From assembly GCF_001194135.2 (NCBI RefSeq), contig NC_068983.1:130830648-130894647 (forward strand): a stretch of 64,000 nt of DNA. The letters run 5' to 3'. This DNA is from Octopus bimaculoides. Taxonomy: Eukaryota. Numbering within the stretch: position 1 is the stretch's first letter; every line of letters starts with the position of its first letter. The notes beneath the pieces are model-generated. The model did no database searches and was not told the DNA's origin. It was given only the letters and a program-made list of their open reading frames with translations. The position numbers were made by a program, and so were the translations under genes. Shown here piece after piece: positions 13,001-24,577 of the stretch.

Positions 13001-14034
13001 AGTCAACAATGTAATACTCGTTACCCCCACTCACGTTTCAACAAATTTAATAGCAGATTAGACATTGAATAAGGTTTCAAGGGAGGTAACATTCCTATTT
13101 TTAGTGCTTTTAGTCTTGCCCACCGCGTAACCTTATTTGTCCTAGCTGTCAGATAGAAGAGCGCTGCCTTCTATTCCCGGTGAAAGGAAGTCTTCTCATG
13201 ATTACCTACGGGGTATCCAATCACAACAGCTGACATAACTCCAGAAAGCAACAAAATGGCGAAACTAAGTGGAAGAAGAAAGCTTTTGTCGTACAGCTCG
13301 TATGTAGATTTTTTTTCTTTTGGCCAGACATAATGATCTTGTTATTGTTACAAAGATGACGTTATATTAATACACAAGTGAAATAGAAAGTTAAATGGAT
13401 AGTAATATAACCCCAGAACATTCATTTGTTTCAATAGCTGTTACTGACGGAAACAAATACATATCTATTCTGCAAGCATTATGGCAATATAAATACATAT
13501 GAGTGAGTGGTATGTGTAACTGTGTATGTGTGACTGTATGTGCGTGCATGCGTGTGTTTGCGTTTGTCTTTGAGTGTGTGTGCCATCGTGCGCTTTTTGT
13601 TTGTCAATATAGGTATATGCGTGATTGTACACATGTATTTATATGTATGTATGTATGTATGTATGTATGCGTAACTGCAAATATGCTCGTGTATGTATAT
13701 GTGTGTGTGTGCGCATGTATATATGTGTGTACATTATTGCTCCAGTGATCTCCTAAATCTCTCTGAAACACATCATTAGACCTAATATCATACTGAAGCG
13801 TTCATTAAATTGTCCTCAACTACAATACGAAAGTGCCCTCAGAAATGTTTGCCAGTCTGTAATAAGGTTGTTATTTCTTTATTCTCTTTTCTATCTTTTC
13901 TTATTTTATTTGTTTCATATTTCGTTCATATATTTTTAATTTCTTGTTTTTTAACACTATATTACACACTATTACGGAGTACAGTAAAAAAAAAATGTAA
14001 TGGATAGGAACTGTGTGTACTAAAATACAGCAAG

Positions 14035-14145
14035 ATGTTTGCAAATGAAACGAGATGTTGCGAGATGTAGTGACGTGTAACGAAATGTGGCGAAATGTTG
14101 CGAGATGTAACGGCGTGGAACGAAACGTGGCAAAATGTTAACGAT
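14035..14145. repeat. Decayed ~10-bp period minisatellite (units like CGAGATGTTG / CGAAATGTGG / CGAAACGTGG)
   Basis: About ten imperfect decamers visible by eye. Confidence 0.75.
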
Positions 14146-14840
14146 ACGAAAACAAGTTTTGCCATGCCTACAATGAGAAAAATAAAGTATATACTACTTA
14201 CTATCATAAGTCTCCCATTTAAATTTTTTCCCTAGATTTGCTTTTCACTGAATCAAATAGCTTAATAGTTTAGACGGAAGTAAAATTACGCAGAAATAAT
14301 GACCTCAATATGTTCAATTGAAAAGAGGAAATCTTTCCATTGTTCTAACTTTCTCTTTTGCTTTTTATCTGCTTTCATAGCTTAACAGTCTGGTAGAGTA
14401 TAATGTTTCTTCTTACAAAGTAACAAACCCTACGGTTTGAAAAGAAATGAATGATTTATCAGTTTCCTCTATTGTTTCTTTCTACGAAAATATTATCTTT
14501 CATTTCCAAACAAGGCCTCAGGTTTAAGAGATTGACCATACCAATTAGATGAACATCCAGTCCTTGATTAGTAGTTACATTATCGATCATGGAAACCTGT
14601 AAACCAAACCTACCACCTCAAAATTTGAACTGAGATTTCGGAAGGTACGCAACACACTACTACTCCAAAATATTAATCGGAAAAATCAGACCCTTTTTTC
14701 TTAAATGCGCTTCTTTTTTTTTTTTGTCTTCTTCTCGTGTAATGTCCAAAACATTTCTTTTTATTGAGATGTCTTTTCGTCTGCTTTTTGTTTTCTGTAA
14801 AACCTAGCAATAGATAATTTCTTAATAACAATTGTGTTTA

Positions 14841-15134
14841 TAGCTCTATATTTAAAAGATGAAGAATTATGTACATTATTTACATTATTTACATTTTTAA
14901 CGTTTGACGGATATTTGTCCTCATCTTGTTTGTTGTTAACACAACGTTTCGGCTGATATACCCTTCAGCCTTCATCGGGTTTCTTGGGGAAATTTCGAAA
15001 CTGGGTTCTCATTCCTAAGGTATTTTTTCGATGTTATTATTATTATTATTATTATTATTCAGGTCACTGCTTGGAATCGAACTCGGAATCTTGATGCTGG
15101 TAGCCTGCGCTCTTAACCACTATACCGTATGCCC
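14841..15134 (-). mobile_element. tRNA-headed SINE-like unit: tRNA head + (AAT)n + body + hammerhead + (AATGTAAAT)n tail
   Basis: Minus strand reads GGGCATACGGTATAGTGGTTAAGAGCGC (A box) ... GAGTTCGATTCC (B box), then (AAT)n, then a hammerhead motif and a short tandem tail. Confidence 0.8.
14938..14983 (-). ncRNA. Minimal type I hammerhead ribozyme (U4 changed to C)
   Basis: GAAAC-CCGATGA-A-GGCTG(AAGGGTATAT)CAGCC-GAAA-CGTT-GTGTT; stems I and II pair, and stem III is the AACGTT palindrome. Confidence 0.75.
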
Positions 15135-15147
15135 GGGAGCATATGGC

Positions 15148-15181
<34 letters not shown>

Positions 15182-15340
15182 CAACATCAAAAAATACCTT
15201 AGGAATGAGAACCCAGGTTCGAAATTTCCCCCAAGACACCAGATGAAGGCTGGAGGGTATATCAGCCGAAACGTTGTGTTAACAACAAACAATATGAGGA
15301 CAAATATCCGTCAAATGTAAATAATGTAAATAATGTAAAT
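15135..15340 (+). mobile_element. Inverted partner copy of the same unit; tRNA head reduced to its first ~14 nt
   Basis: GGGAGCATATGGCGTA jumps directly to (AAT)n; the body is the reverse complement of about 14872-15059. Confidence 0.85.
15235..15280 (+). ncRNA. Minimal type I hammerhead ribozyme (U4 changed to A)
   Basis: GACAC-CAGATGA-A-GGCTG(GAGGGTATAT)CAGCC-GAAA-CGTT-GTGTT. Confidence 0.78.
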
Positions 15341-17095
15341 AGTGTAACTAATTCTGTTTATAGTTAGATGCAGTTTGCATTGTATATGTTATTTTCTCTC
15401 TTGATTTTTAGATTTTTAACATCAGTTTTATTATTAAAAATTTTTTTTTTTACAGATTTGTCTGTTCGATTTGAAGGATAAAGGCCACTATTTCATGTTA
15501 TATCAATCTCANNNNNNNNNNNNNNNNNNNNNNNNNNNNNNNNNNNNNNNNNNNNNNNNNNNNNNNNNNNNNNNNNNNNNNNNNNNNNNNNNNNNNNNNN
15601 NNNNNNNNNNNNNNNNNNNNNNNNNNNNNNNNNNNTATATATATATATATATATCTGTCTGTATGTCTACCTACTACTTGAAAAACGTACAATAATGCTA
15701 GTTCTCTTTCGCTGTGCCAATCTGCATTTCCTTAGCTGTTTGTGTTCCTATGTTCTTACAAAGTTATATGCAATTTTTTTCTTGTTTTTTTTTTTTTATC
15801 TGTAAATAAACATTTTATTTCACACTTCGTTTATATTTAATTAACTTTAACTTCAAAACATTTGACAAGTGTTACATCAGAATTAAACATCAACTTCTTG
15901 ATGAAGTGTTGTTTCTCACACTCTCAACGTATTGTGTCTAACTGTTAGACACCATCTGCGTAGTGCCTGTTTCTCATCAATTCGAGATTTAATCATCGTC
16001 ACCGTTGTTATCGTTGTGATTTTAATTAGCTACAGGTAAAATCTGACAGGTTAGCACTATGATGAAAACATTTTAAACATGACCAGCCCATCTTTTGAAT
16101 GATATCCAAACTTTTATTATTTAGTACGTATACTTCCCTTTTCCAGACTTTAGTGTTTGATTTGGAGATGATTTGACAAGTGTATATTTCTGGTGATAAG
16201 TCCATAATCAAGCTCTGATGTCAAATACAATTTTACCGGGATTGAAGGTGCTTTATTATTACGAAGATAAAGTTCAACTGCTATGATCCCTTTGTGAATC
16301 ACTGAAATTTAGTGGGCTGGGTCCTCAGACATACAAACTTACATATATGTTTGTGATGGAAAGATGTCATGGCGTCGTAGGTTAAAACTTTTTCTCCTCC
16401 CGTTCTTCCCTTCTTCAACATATATGTTGCGACAAGGGTTATCACCCCCTTTCATTCCTCCCTTTCTTTCCTTTCTACATATATGCTGTGACAGACAGAC
16501 AGACAAATGGGAATCAGCCTGACTTTTACAGTTTAGATTATTTTGAAATGGATGTAGTCATTGCTATCAGTTTAAGAAGCTTACTTCATATCTTAGTGGT
16601 TTCTAGTTAGATCCCACTGAAGAGTAAATATCTCAAGCAAGTGTCTTATCTCACAGACTTGAAATGACCAAAACCTTGTAAACTGAATTTCGATAGGAAA
16701 AATCTATGTGGAAGCCCCTTTGGGTATGGGGGTTGAATCGTCGATGTCTTTAATCTATCCCGTTTTAATATCATCACGTACTATATTAATGACCTTTAGC
16801 AGAGTCCACTGTGCTCCAAGCATTCTGGGCAGGTATCCACTATGAGCATTTCATTTCCTTCGAAGTTTTATCCCTAAACAGTGGAATGGAATTTAACTCT
16901 TCTTTCTAGCGTGCAAGGAATTCATATGAGGGATGCCTCGTGTTTAATTGTACCCTGTATTTATATGAATAATATATAGTCTATTGACTAAATTTTACAC
17001 GCTAGGCCACTGGTAGTAGAAATTTCGAATATTTCTCATTGCCCTTGATATTATTAATTATATATATATGTATAGAAAAAAATGTATATATATAC

Positions 17096-17128
<33 letters not shown>

Positions 17129-17984
17129 NNNNNNNNNNNNNNNNNNNNNNNNNNNNNNNNNNNNNNNNNNNNNNNNNNNNNNNNNNNNNNNNNNNNNGTA
17201 TATATATATATATATACGTATATATGTATGTATGTGTGTGCGTCAGTGTATATGTATGTATACATATGTGTGTGTCTGTGTCTGTCTGTATATAATATAT
17301 ATACATATATATATACACATACATATACAAAAAATGAGAGTACAGGAAGGTTGGGTGACGCTCCTTAAGTTCTAACGTACAAAATGTGAAATCAATTGAT
17401 ACCAAGATATCTATTCTTGCTTTTGTCATATTCGTTACATTCACCGTACGTGTTTTTTAATAGTGAGAAAAAAGTTTCTTTGGAGTGTTAACTCCTATTT
17501 CTAGCAAGTGGCATTCAGGTACCCTAATTTATTTGTATATTTTATCTATATAGGTTTAACTTGCTGGTCACTTTATTATTATTATTGTCATTTTTAATAA
17601 TGGCAGTAATACTTTATTAAATTATATACATATAAGATGAGGATCCGGATAGAATCAGGTACTAGAAACGATATGCACCAAGTAGGGTTGGGGGATCTAT
17701 TTTAAAACGGGGCCACAGTTATCATTAATGTTTTACGTAGTGTTTTTGGTACCGAAAGACTTTCAAACTTCGTATACTTATCTATTTTGTGTTATAGAAC
17801 AGAAAAATATTTTTGTATTCGAATTTATTTCATGTAAAAAATTATCTTATTTCGATAATTTCAACCAATCACTGACAAGTATTCAGTTGTTTACATTTAC
17901 TCCTTTGGCTGATTAAGCGGTGTAAAGCGTATTTAATCTCCATAACTTCTGACATTTGCAGAGAGGCAACACGTGTGTTCGTTT

Positions 17985-18144
17985 TCCTTCGTTAAATTTG
18001 CTTTTTTTCATTTTAAATTTGCTTTTTTCATTTTCTTTTTTTTTTGCTTCGTTTTATTTGCTTTTTTCATTTTAAATTTGCTTTCTCATTTTCTTTTTTT
18101 TCACTTCGTTTTATTTGCTTTTTTCTTTTTAAATTTGCTGTTTT
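17985..18144. repeat. T-rich ~55-bp tandem repeat, about 3 copies, inside the MITE
   Basis: Recurring CTTCGTT...ATTTGCTTTTTTCATTTTAAATTTGCT unit. Confidence 0.8.
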
Positions 18145-18223
18145 ACCCTAACCCTAACCCTAACCCTAACCCTAACCCTAACTCTAACCCTAACCCTAGG
18201 GTTAGGGTTAGGGTTAGGGTTAG
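18145..18223. repeat. Interstitial telomeric repeat (TAACCC)8 joined to (GGGTTA)4 through a CCCTAGGG pivot
   Basis: Direct reading; one unit is the variant TAACTC. Confidence 0.97.
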
Positions 18224-18736
18224 CCTATAATAGAAAGGTTTATTAGCTACTGCCAATATGCTTCAATCATTTTTTGACAAGGAAATAATAATAATTTTAT
18301 CACCGATAGAATTGTTTCAGAATCGTTTGTTTATGTAGTCGGCACTTAATGTATATCGGCTGAATGGACGTCAATGATTGGTTGAAATTACAAAAATACG
18401 ACAACTTTAACATGGAATAACTTAGGGATTTCTTTTTTTTTTAAGAAGACTAAGAGAAAAAGATGTTTTATATGACACATTCTACCAGTGTTCCAAGTTT
18501 CAAAGTGTTTCGTTAAGAAAATACTGTGGCCCCGTTTTAAAATAGATCCCTGTTGTTCAAGCTTATGATTGGTGAGAATCGAAATATCAGATAGGATATT
18601 TTGGTTGAGTACAACAGAGAAAAATCATGAGCATTTAGCGCTTAAGGGGCTGGTTCAAATCATGCGTTACTTTGAATAGTACGTATCTGGTATATTATAA
18701 TCAAATGAATAATAACAAACAATGGATAATTGTCGG

Positions 18737-18821
18737 CTAATTACAGCTGTTTCTTACATAACCTTTTAATAGAAGAATGGGAACATTACATCATTATAAA
18801 AGACCGTAATAATCAGATGAG
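18737..18821 (-). ncRNA. Type I hammerhead ribozyme with long stem II (G8 changed to T)
   Basis: CTCAT-CTGATTA-TTACG...TGTAA-GAAA-CAGCTG-TA-ATTAG. Confidence 0.7.
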
Positions 18822-19312
18822 AAGTAATTTTTTCAAAGCAAAGGAATATCCCAAGAAAACAGCCAGGATGTGGATAGAGTCTGTCGAAGCCAACAGTTAA
18901 ATGGTCGAATGAGCAGCTATGTTAGCCGTTTAGGTTAAGAAGAAGAATGTAATATGATATCCAGGGTCAGTGACCCGGGCGAGAAGGCGTCTGCTAGGCT
19001 AGATTCTATGTAGGTTGGAGTGAGGTGTAGGAGATGATTTATTATAGTAAGCTTGGCGTAGTGGTAAGTAAGGAGAGTTCATAAGACAACTAAGTATAAG
19101 GAAAGAAGAAAGGATGAATAAATTAAACGTGAGGGTGAAGGGAAAGATAAAAATAAAAATAAAAATCTTATATCCCGACCTTATATATGATTGGCTTGTA
19201 TTCTTTTATTTTTCTTTTATTTTTATTTCTCCCTTCACCTTACGCTTGATTTATTTATCCTTTCTTCTTTCCTTATACTTAATTGTCTTATGGACTCTCC
19301 TTAGTTACCACT

Positions 19313-19684
19313 GTGGAGGCGCAATGGCCCAGTGGTTAGGGCAGCGGACTCGCGGTCATAGGATTGCAGTTTCGATTCCCAGACCGGGCGTTGTGAGTGT
19401 TTATTGAGCGAAAACACCTAAATCTCCACGAGGCTCCGGCAGGGGATGGTGGTGAACCCTGCTTCCTTTCTCTCACTCTTGCTTCCTGTTTCTGTTGTGC
19501 CTGTAATTCAAAGCGTCAGCCTTGTCAATCTGTGTCACGCTGAATATCCCCAAGAATTACGTTAAGGGTACACGTGTCTGTGGAATGCTCAGCCACTTGC
19601 ACGTTAATTTCACGAGCAGGCAGTTCCATTGATCGGATCAACTGGAAATCTCGACGTCGTAAGCGACGGAGTGCCAACAATAAC
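19313..19684 (+). mobile_element. tRNA-derived SINE (family A), full length, 10-bp TSD AGTTACCACT
   Basis: A box CAATGGCCCAGTGGTTAGG, B-box-like GTTTCGATTCCC, (CAA)-type tail; TSD copies at 19303-19312 and 19685-19694. Confidence 0.93.
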
Positions 19685-19920
19685 AGTTACCACTACGCCA
19701 AGCTTACTATAATAAATTATCTCCTACACCACACTCCAGCCTACATACAACGTAGCCTAGCAGCGGCTTTCTCACCCGGGCCACTGACTTTGAATATCAT
19801 ATTACACCCTCTTCTTAACCTAAACGGCCAGCATAGCTGCTCATTCGACCATTTCAGAGTTGGCTTTCGACAGACTCTAGCTACATCTTGAGATATTCCT
19901 TTGCTTCATAAAAATTTCTT

Positions 19921-20005
19921 CTCATGTGATGATAACGGTCTTTTATAATGATGTTATGTTCTCGTTCTTCTATTAAAAGGTTACGTAAGAAACAGTTGTA
20001 ATGAG
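19921..20005 (+). ncRNA. Type I hammerhead ribozyme with long stem II (C3 changed to G)
   Basis: CTCAT-GTGATGA-TAACG...CGTAA-GAAA-CAGTTG-TA-ATGAG; stem I CTCAT/ATGAG is perfect. Confidence 0.7.
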
Positions 20006-23000
20006 CTGACAGTTATCCATCGTTTATTATTATTTATTTGAATATATATATATATAATACATACTTTTATAATTAAGGTGGAGGGTTGGTTGCTGTGTGT
20101 GAATATTTGTATATGTATGTTTCTCTATGTCTTTCAAGAAAGAGACAAAGCAATAAAAATTTTACAAAGTCTTTCACTATTATGTCCAGTTGCTGATTTT
20201 GCTGTTGAGAGAGAAAAAAGTGAGAGAGATAGTGTGCATGTGTGTATGTGTCTGTGTGTGTGTGCGTGCCTCTGTTTGTGCGTGTGTTTGTATGTGTGCG
20301 GGTGTGTGTGTATATGTGCAACAGAGACGGCTAGGTCCAGTCTTCTCTCTATATAACAGTCTACTTATTATCTGGCTGAACCATACGAGGCACATTATAA
20401 ATAGCTTCAGTAATAGCGACCCCTTACTAGGGGTCGCTATTACTGGAATAGATAGATAGATAGATAGATAATTGGGTACATATGCATGCATGTATAATTT
20501 TTCTTAAAAGCAAAATGAACGCAAACAATGCACAGTCATAGAAATATATGTGTTTTGTGTGAACTTCTGATAAATGTGTGGTAAAATGTATTCTAGTAAA
20601 TGACATAATGAACACGCAGATATGATAGCAAAGCACTTCCAGCAAAGAATTCAGTTAACTTTTGAGTAATAAAGACACGTCGCGGTGAAAGCATGAGATT
20701 TCTTTCACAAGCACAATCCTTGTAGGGCATTTCTGTTTGCATGTGTAGAATATTTGAAAACATGTGTGAGAAGCAAATGATAAATGGTATAGAATATTCA
20801 CCGTCCTGTCAGTAATAGCACTGCGAATGTTTCCTCTTCATATTGGTGCGTGCATATTTTCCCCAATGTGTCAGACGTTTTAAAACTTTTTCACAAGTAT
20901 ATCGGAATTGTGCATATTTTATATTACAGTTAACTTGCAGTATTTACGGTACAGATTAAAAAAACAAACATCTACGTTATATATACCTACACACATACAC
21001 ACACGCACACATACACAAACGCACGCACACGCGCACACACACACATATGTATGCGCGCGTGTGTGTGCGTGTGGGTGAGTGTGTCTGTAGTAGATTTATG
21101 CAAAGCATAGTGACTTTTTTCTACTAAAGATTATCAAGCCCTTTCTTGTGAAGTTTATTTTAAAGTATAGTCCTGTGAGTACAGCCAAATTGGTAGTATA
21201 TTTATTTATACAAATTAGGCTGCGGAAGAAGAAATAGCGTTAATTTCTTTTGCAGTCCACCAAACTGGAAGTATTTCTAGATTTGATATACATCTTCATC
21301 ATATTCTTAGAAAAAAATTTGGGAGGAAAGGCATCTCAGTTTTTCGGTCATCCGAATTTTTGACAGTGCGCACTCTGACAGCGTGGTATAGTTCTTGTTG
21401 TTCAGCCTCATGTTCTCCCTAATTCAGAAAATAAATTCACAAAACATTAACATTATAAAAATTATCTTGAACAATTTATATAATGTGAGATAACCTTTTA
21501 AACTATTGTGGTGGTCTTAGTATCAATAAAATGTTGGCCAGATGAGTTTCTGCAATTAATATCATAATAGGGCATTGCATATGTTTAGACTATTACTGTT
21601 TTGTAACGACAAAATATTTTTAGTCATTCCAGACGATTTCTTTATTCTTCACATACAAAGGGGATGTATGTGTGAAGGCTGTCTAGGTGTATATTTTTAG
21701 TTGTATTTTGTCATCTGGGAAATGATATTATTCATGCAGGAATAGTTTATCTTAATTTTAGGTGAGTTGGACGTTGTGTATTATTGTGAAATATTGACAT
21801 TGTAGTGACAGAAACTTCTTACATATTTTTTTTTCTTCTTAGCTGTATGAATGCCTAATGGTGGATTCAGTGTGGTTACTTTACCATTCCGGCTTCTTCT
21901 TCCTTTTTCAGGGTGGGTGAGAGTTTATTGTATATTATTATCTAGTTATAACAAATGCACATATAAACCATGATCATTTGCATAACGTTCTTTACAGTCT
22001 ATGATGAAAAACAAGACATCTGACAGTTTTTGACCCTTCAGACAAGGCTCAATTGGTTGCATCAATTTTATTTCTATCATTTAAGTTTTACATTTATTCC
22101 CCTAGATACACACTAAACTAAGTTCATATATTTTATGGCATATTTTCCGTAGAACACGTGTGTCGAATATATTAGCAAAGTCAAAATAGTAGGCACCTAC
22201 TTTCGATTGGTCAAATATCTACTTTACCGACAATCGTATTGTTACTACAGCAATGACATACAGCTTATGCGTTGACAATAACAAATTTGCGATTTTCCTG
22301 CTTTCTAGTTGTAAAACCTTGCCGATATAGGCAGACAAATATATAAACCTATAATTTATAGCATCTGCTCTACTTTCTCATTTATAGTAACGACACATTA
22401 CTCCCTCTTTTGGATGTTTGAGAATCTTAAAACATCCTAGAAAATATTGAGTATATTACTGGAGTATATGTGCATTTTATGTCTGTGTATGCATGCTTAC
22501 ATATACATACATATATGTGTATGTGTGTATGTAAATGTGTATGTATGTATGTATGTATCTATATACATGTATATATACATACATATGAGTATTTCTGATT
22601 TTTCAAAATCAGCTTTTTCTGATACCCTGTTTTTTTTACAAATGGATTAAAACAGTGTCGAAACATTGTGAATACACGGATTTGATGGTGTCTTAAACAG
22701 ACATCAAATGTCATGTGAAAAAGCTTACTTTTGAAATTAATTCGCTAAAGTTTATGTTAAAACATTAAATGGAAACATCACGTGATAGCCTCGTAGGAGA
22801 CAGTGGGCAACGTGTGCCAAAGGATTTGAACATCAGAATGAATTAGTTCCAGCTGTGATGTATGTATAAATCCTTTTTATAGCTGCTCGTTGAATTTGAA
22901 ATTTTGCACATTGTTGGGTTTCAGAAGAAATTAACCGACAAAGTAATACAAGAGTAAAAGTAAAAACTGACAACAAGAGTAAAAGTAAATAAAAACTGAC

Positions 23001-23296
23001 AACAATATTTTATCTCACACATATCATCCAAAAATATACCGGTTAAAGTGATATTGCTAAAGCTGGTCATTAAATCGTAAAGGAGAATTTGGTTGAAGAA
23101 ATTTCATTTTCCTTTCTGTTCTGTGGCAAGAAATAACAAGATAAGTAGTTGCCTACATCTCTATGTTCAGAAGAAATGGGGATTTTCTGTTATTTTATAT
23201 ATTCTATTGCTATTGTTAAATTGCCATATATTTCCCAAAGTTTTATTATGAGGTCTCTTGCGACGAGTAATAGCTTACATAGAGCAGGACTTAAAT

Positions 23297-23340
<44 letters not shown>

Positions 23341-23446
23341 TGTGTATGTACATATACATTTATTTATGCATATATAGACGCACACATACATAGACACACA
23401 CATATGTGTGTGTAGGTGTGTGTTTGCGGGTGGCATATACCTATAT

Positions 23447-23491
<45 letters not shown>

Positions 23492-23827
23492 TGTGTGTGT
23501 GTGTCTGTGTGTGTGTAGCAACTTTATTTCACTACCTGGTACATTTCTAGTGAATAATGAACTTGGGTAATATAACTACGAAGACAAGTGAATTTATTTC
23601 TTCACAATGTTATAATGTCAAACACGGACTTCCTCCGACCATCCGTCCAACCAACCCCCATGATATCAAAAGTGCATTACATTAGCTTGTTATCTATAAA
23701 TATTTTCACTGCTGCCACCTGAATGTACGAACATTTCTGTTCTCTAAACTAAAAGATCTGGTTTTAAGCTTCGCAGAGTCTATGTTTAACAAACTTAAAA
23801 ACATGCTACAGAGCATCAGCATTTAAA

Positions 23828-23888
23828 TCATCATCATTGTCAACATCACCATCATCATCATCATCATTGTCAGCTACTGCTGCTGCTG

Positions 23889-23940
<52 letters not shown>

Positions 23941-23965
23941 TACTATTGCTGCTGCTGCAGCTGCA
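23828..23965. repeat. Compound trinucleotide tract (ATC, GCT, ACT)
   Basis: Direct reading. Confidence 0.9.
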
Positions 23966-24577
23966 ACGACAATTTTTTTTAGAAATCATGTTGTCATTTC
24001 TACATATGCCGTGAGGAAGAAGTAAACTTGAAGGAAAGCATCTATCCAAACCTTGAATATAGAAATATTTGAATATAGAAATAGACGATTGGCTTAAGGC
24101 ATAAACTAAAATCTTTTACCTGCATGCAAATATGTGTAGCACTGCTAGTATTTATATATCACTACAATACAGTGCCTTTAAAATATTTACATTACATCAT
24201 ATTGCACAATACTAGATTATATTGCAATATAACGCTGTACAACCCTGCACTACACTACATTTCATTATTCTATACATTACAAAATCTTGTTCAGAACGAC
24301 TCCAGACTGTCTATCTTTATACTACTAAAATTATGTGATTGCTTTCTTGTTTGCATGTCTGTCATTTCATACAGCCAAAACCGGCGCATAATGAGAAAAT
24401 ATTCTGAAAGTAAAGTACCCCTGAGATGTGAATACAAACGGAATAAAAGAAATTTCGTGTAAATTGAAGTACGAGTTACCGAGGTACGCGTTCTTTTTGA
24501 GGTTTCTTCCCACAAATTTAAGCAGTAAATCCTGGAGTTATTGCCGTTTGCTGTGAACACGGGTTAGCCTTTTGTTA

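Larger units (their letters stand above)
17692..18550. mobile_element. Non-autonomous TIR element (MITE-like) with perfect 27-bp TIRs and internal telomeric repeats
   Basis: GGGATCTATTTTAAAACGGGGCCACAG (17692-17718) is the exact reverse complement of 18524-18550. No ORF; TSD ambiguous (GTTG occurs near both ends). Confidence 0.88.
18695..20047. mobile_element. Large palindrome (~470-bp arms, ~33-bp spacer at 19167-19199) with a hammerhead near each outer end; right arm split by a SINE
   Basis: 18695-19166 is the reverse complement of 19200-19312 plus 19695-20047. Confidence 0.88.

Noticed and set aside
15060-15134. tRNA gene on the minus strand
   Set aside because: A and B boxes are present, but I could not fold a proper acceptor stem, and it is fused to a SINE-like body.
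18145-18223. Ancient telomere-telomere fusion site
   Set aside because: Orientation is (CCCTAA)n-(TTAGGG)n, opposite to a fusion, and the array lies inside a TIR element.
21842-21911. Candidate 69-nt exon (polypyrimidine-AG ... CAG/GTGGGT) encoding LYECLMVDSVWLLYHSGFFFLFQ
   Set aside because: Plausible splice signals, but no homology and no compatible neighbouring exon; needs RNA-seq.
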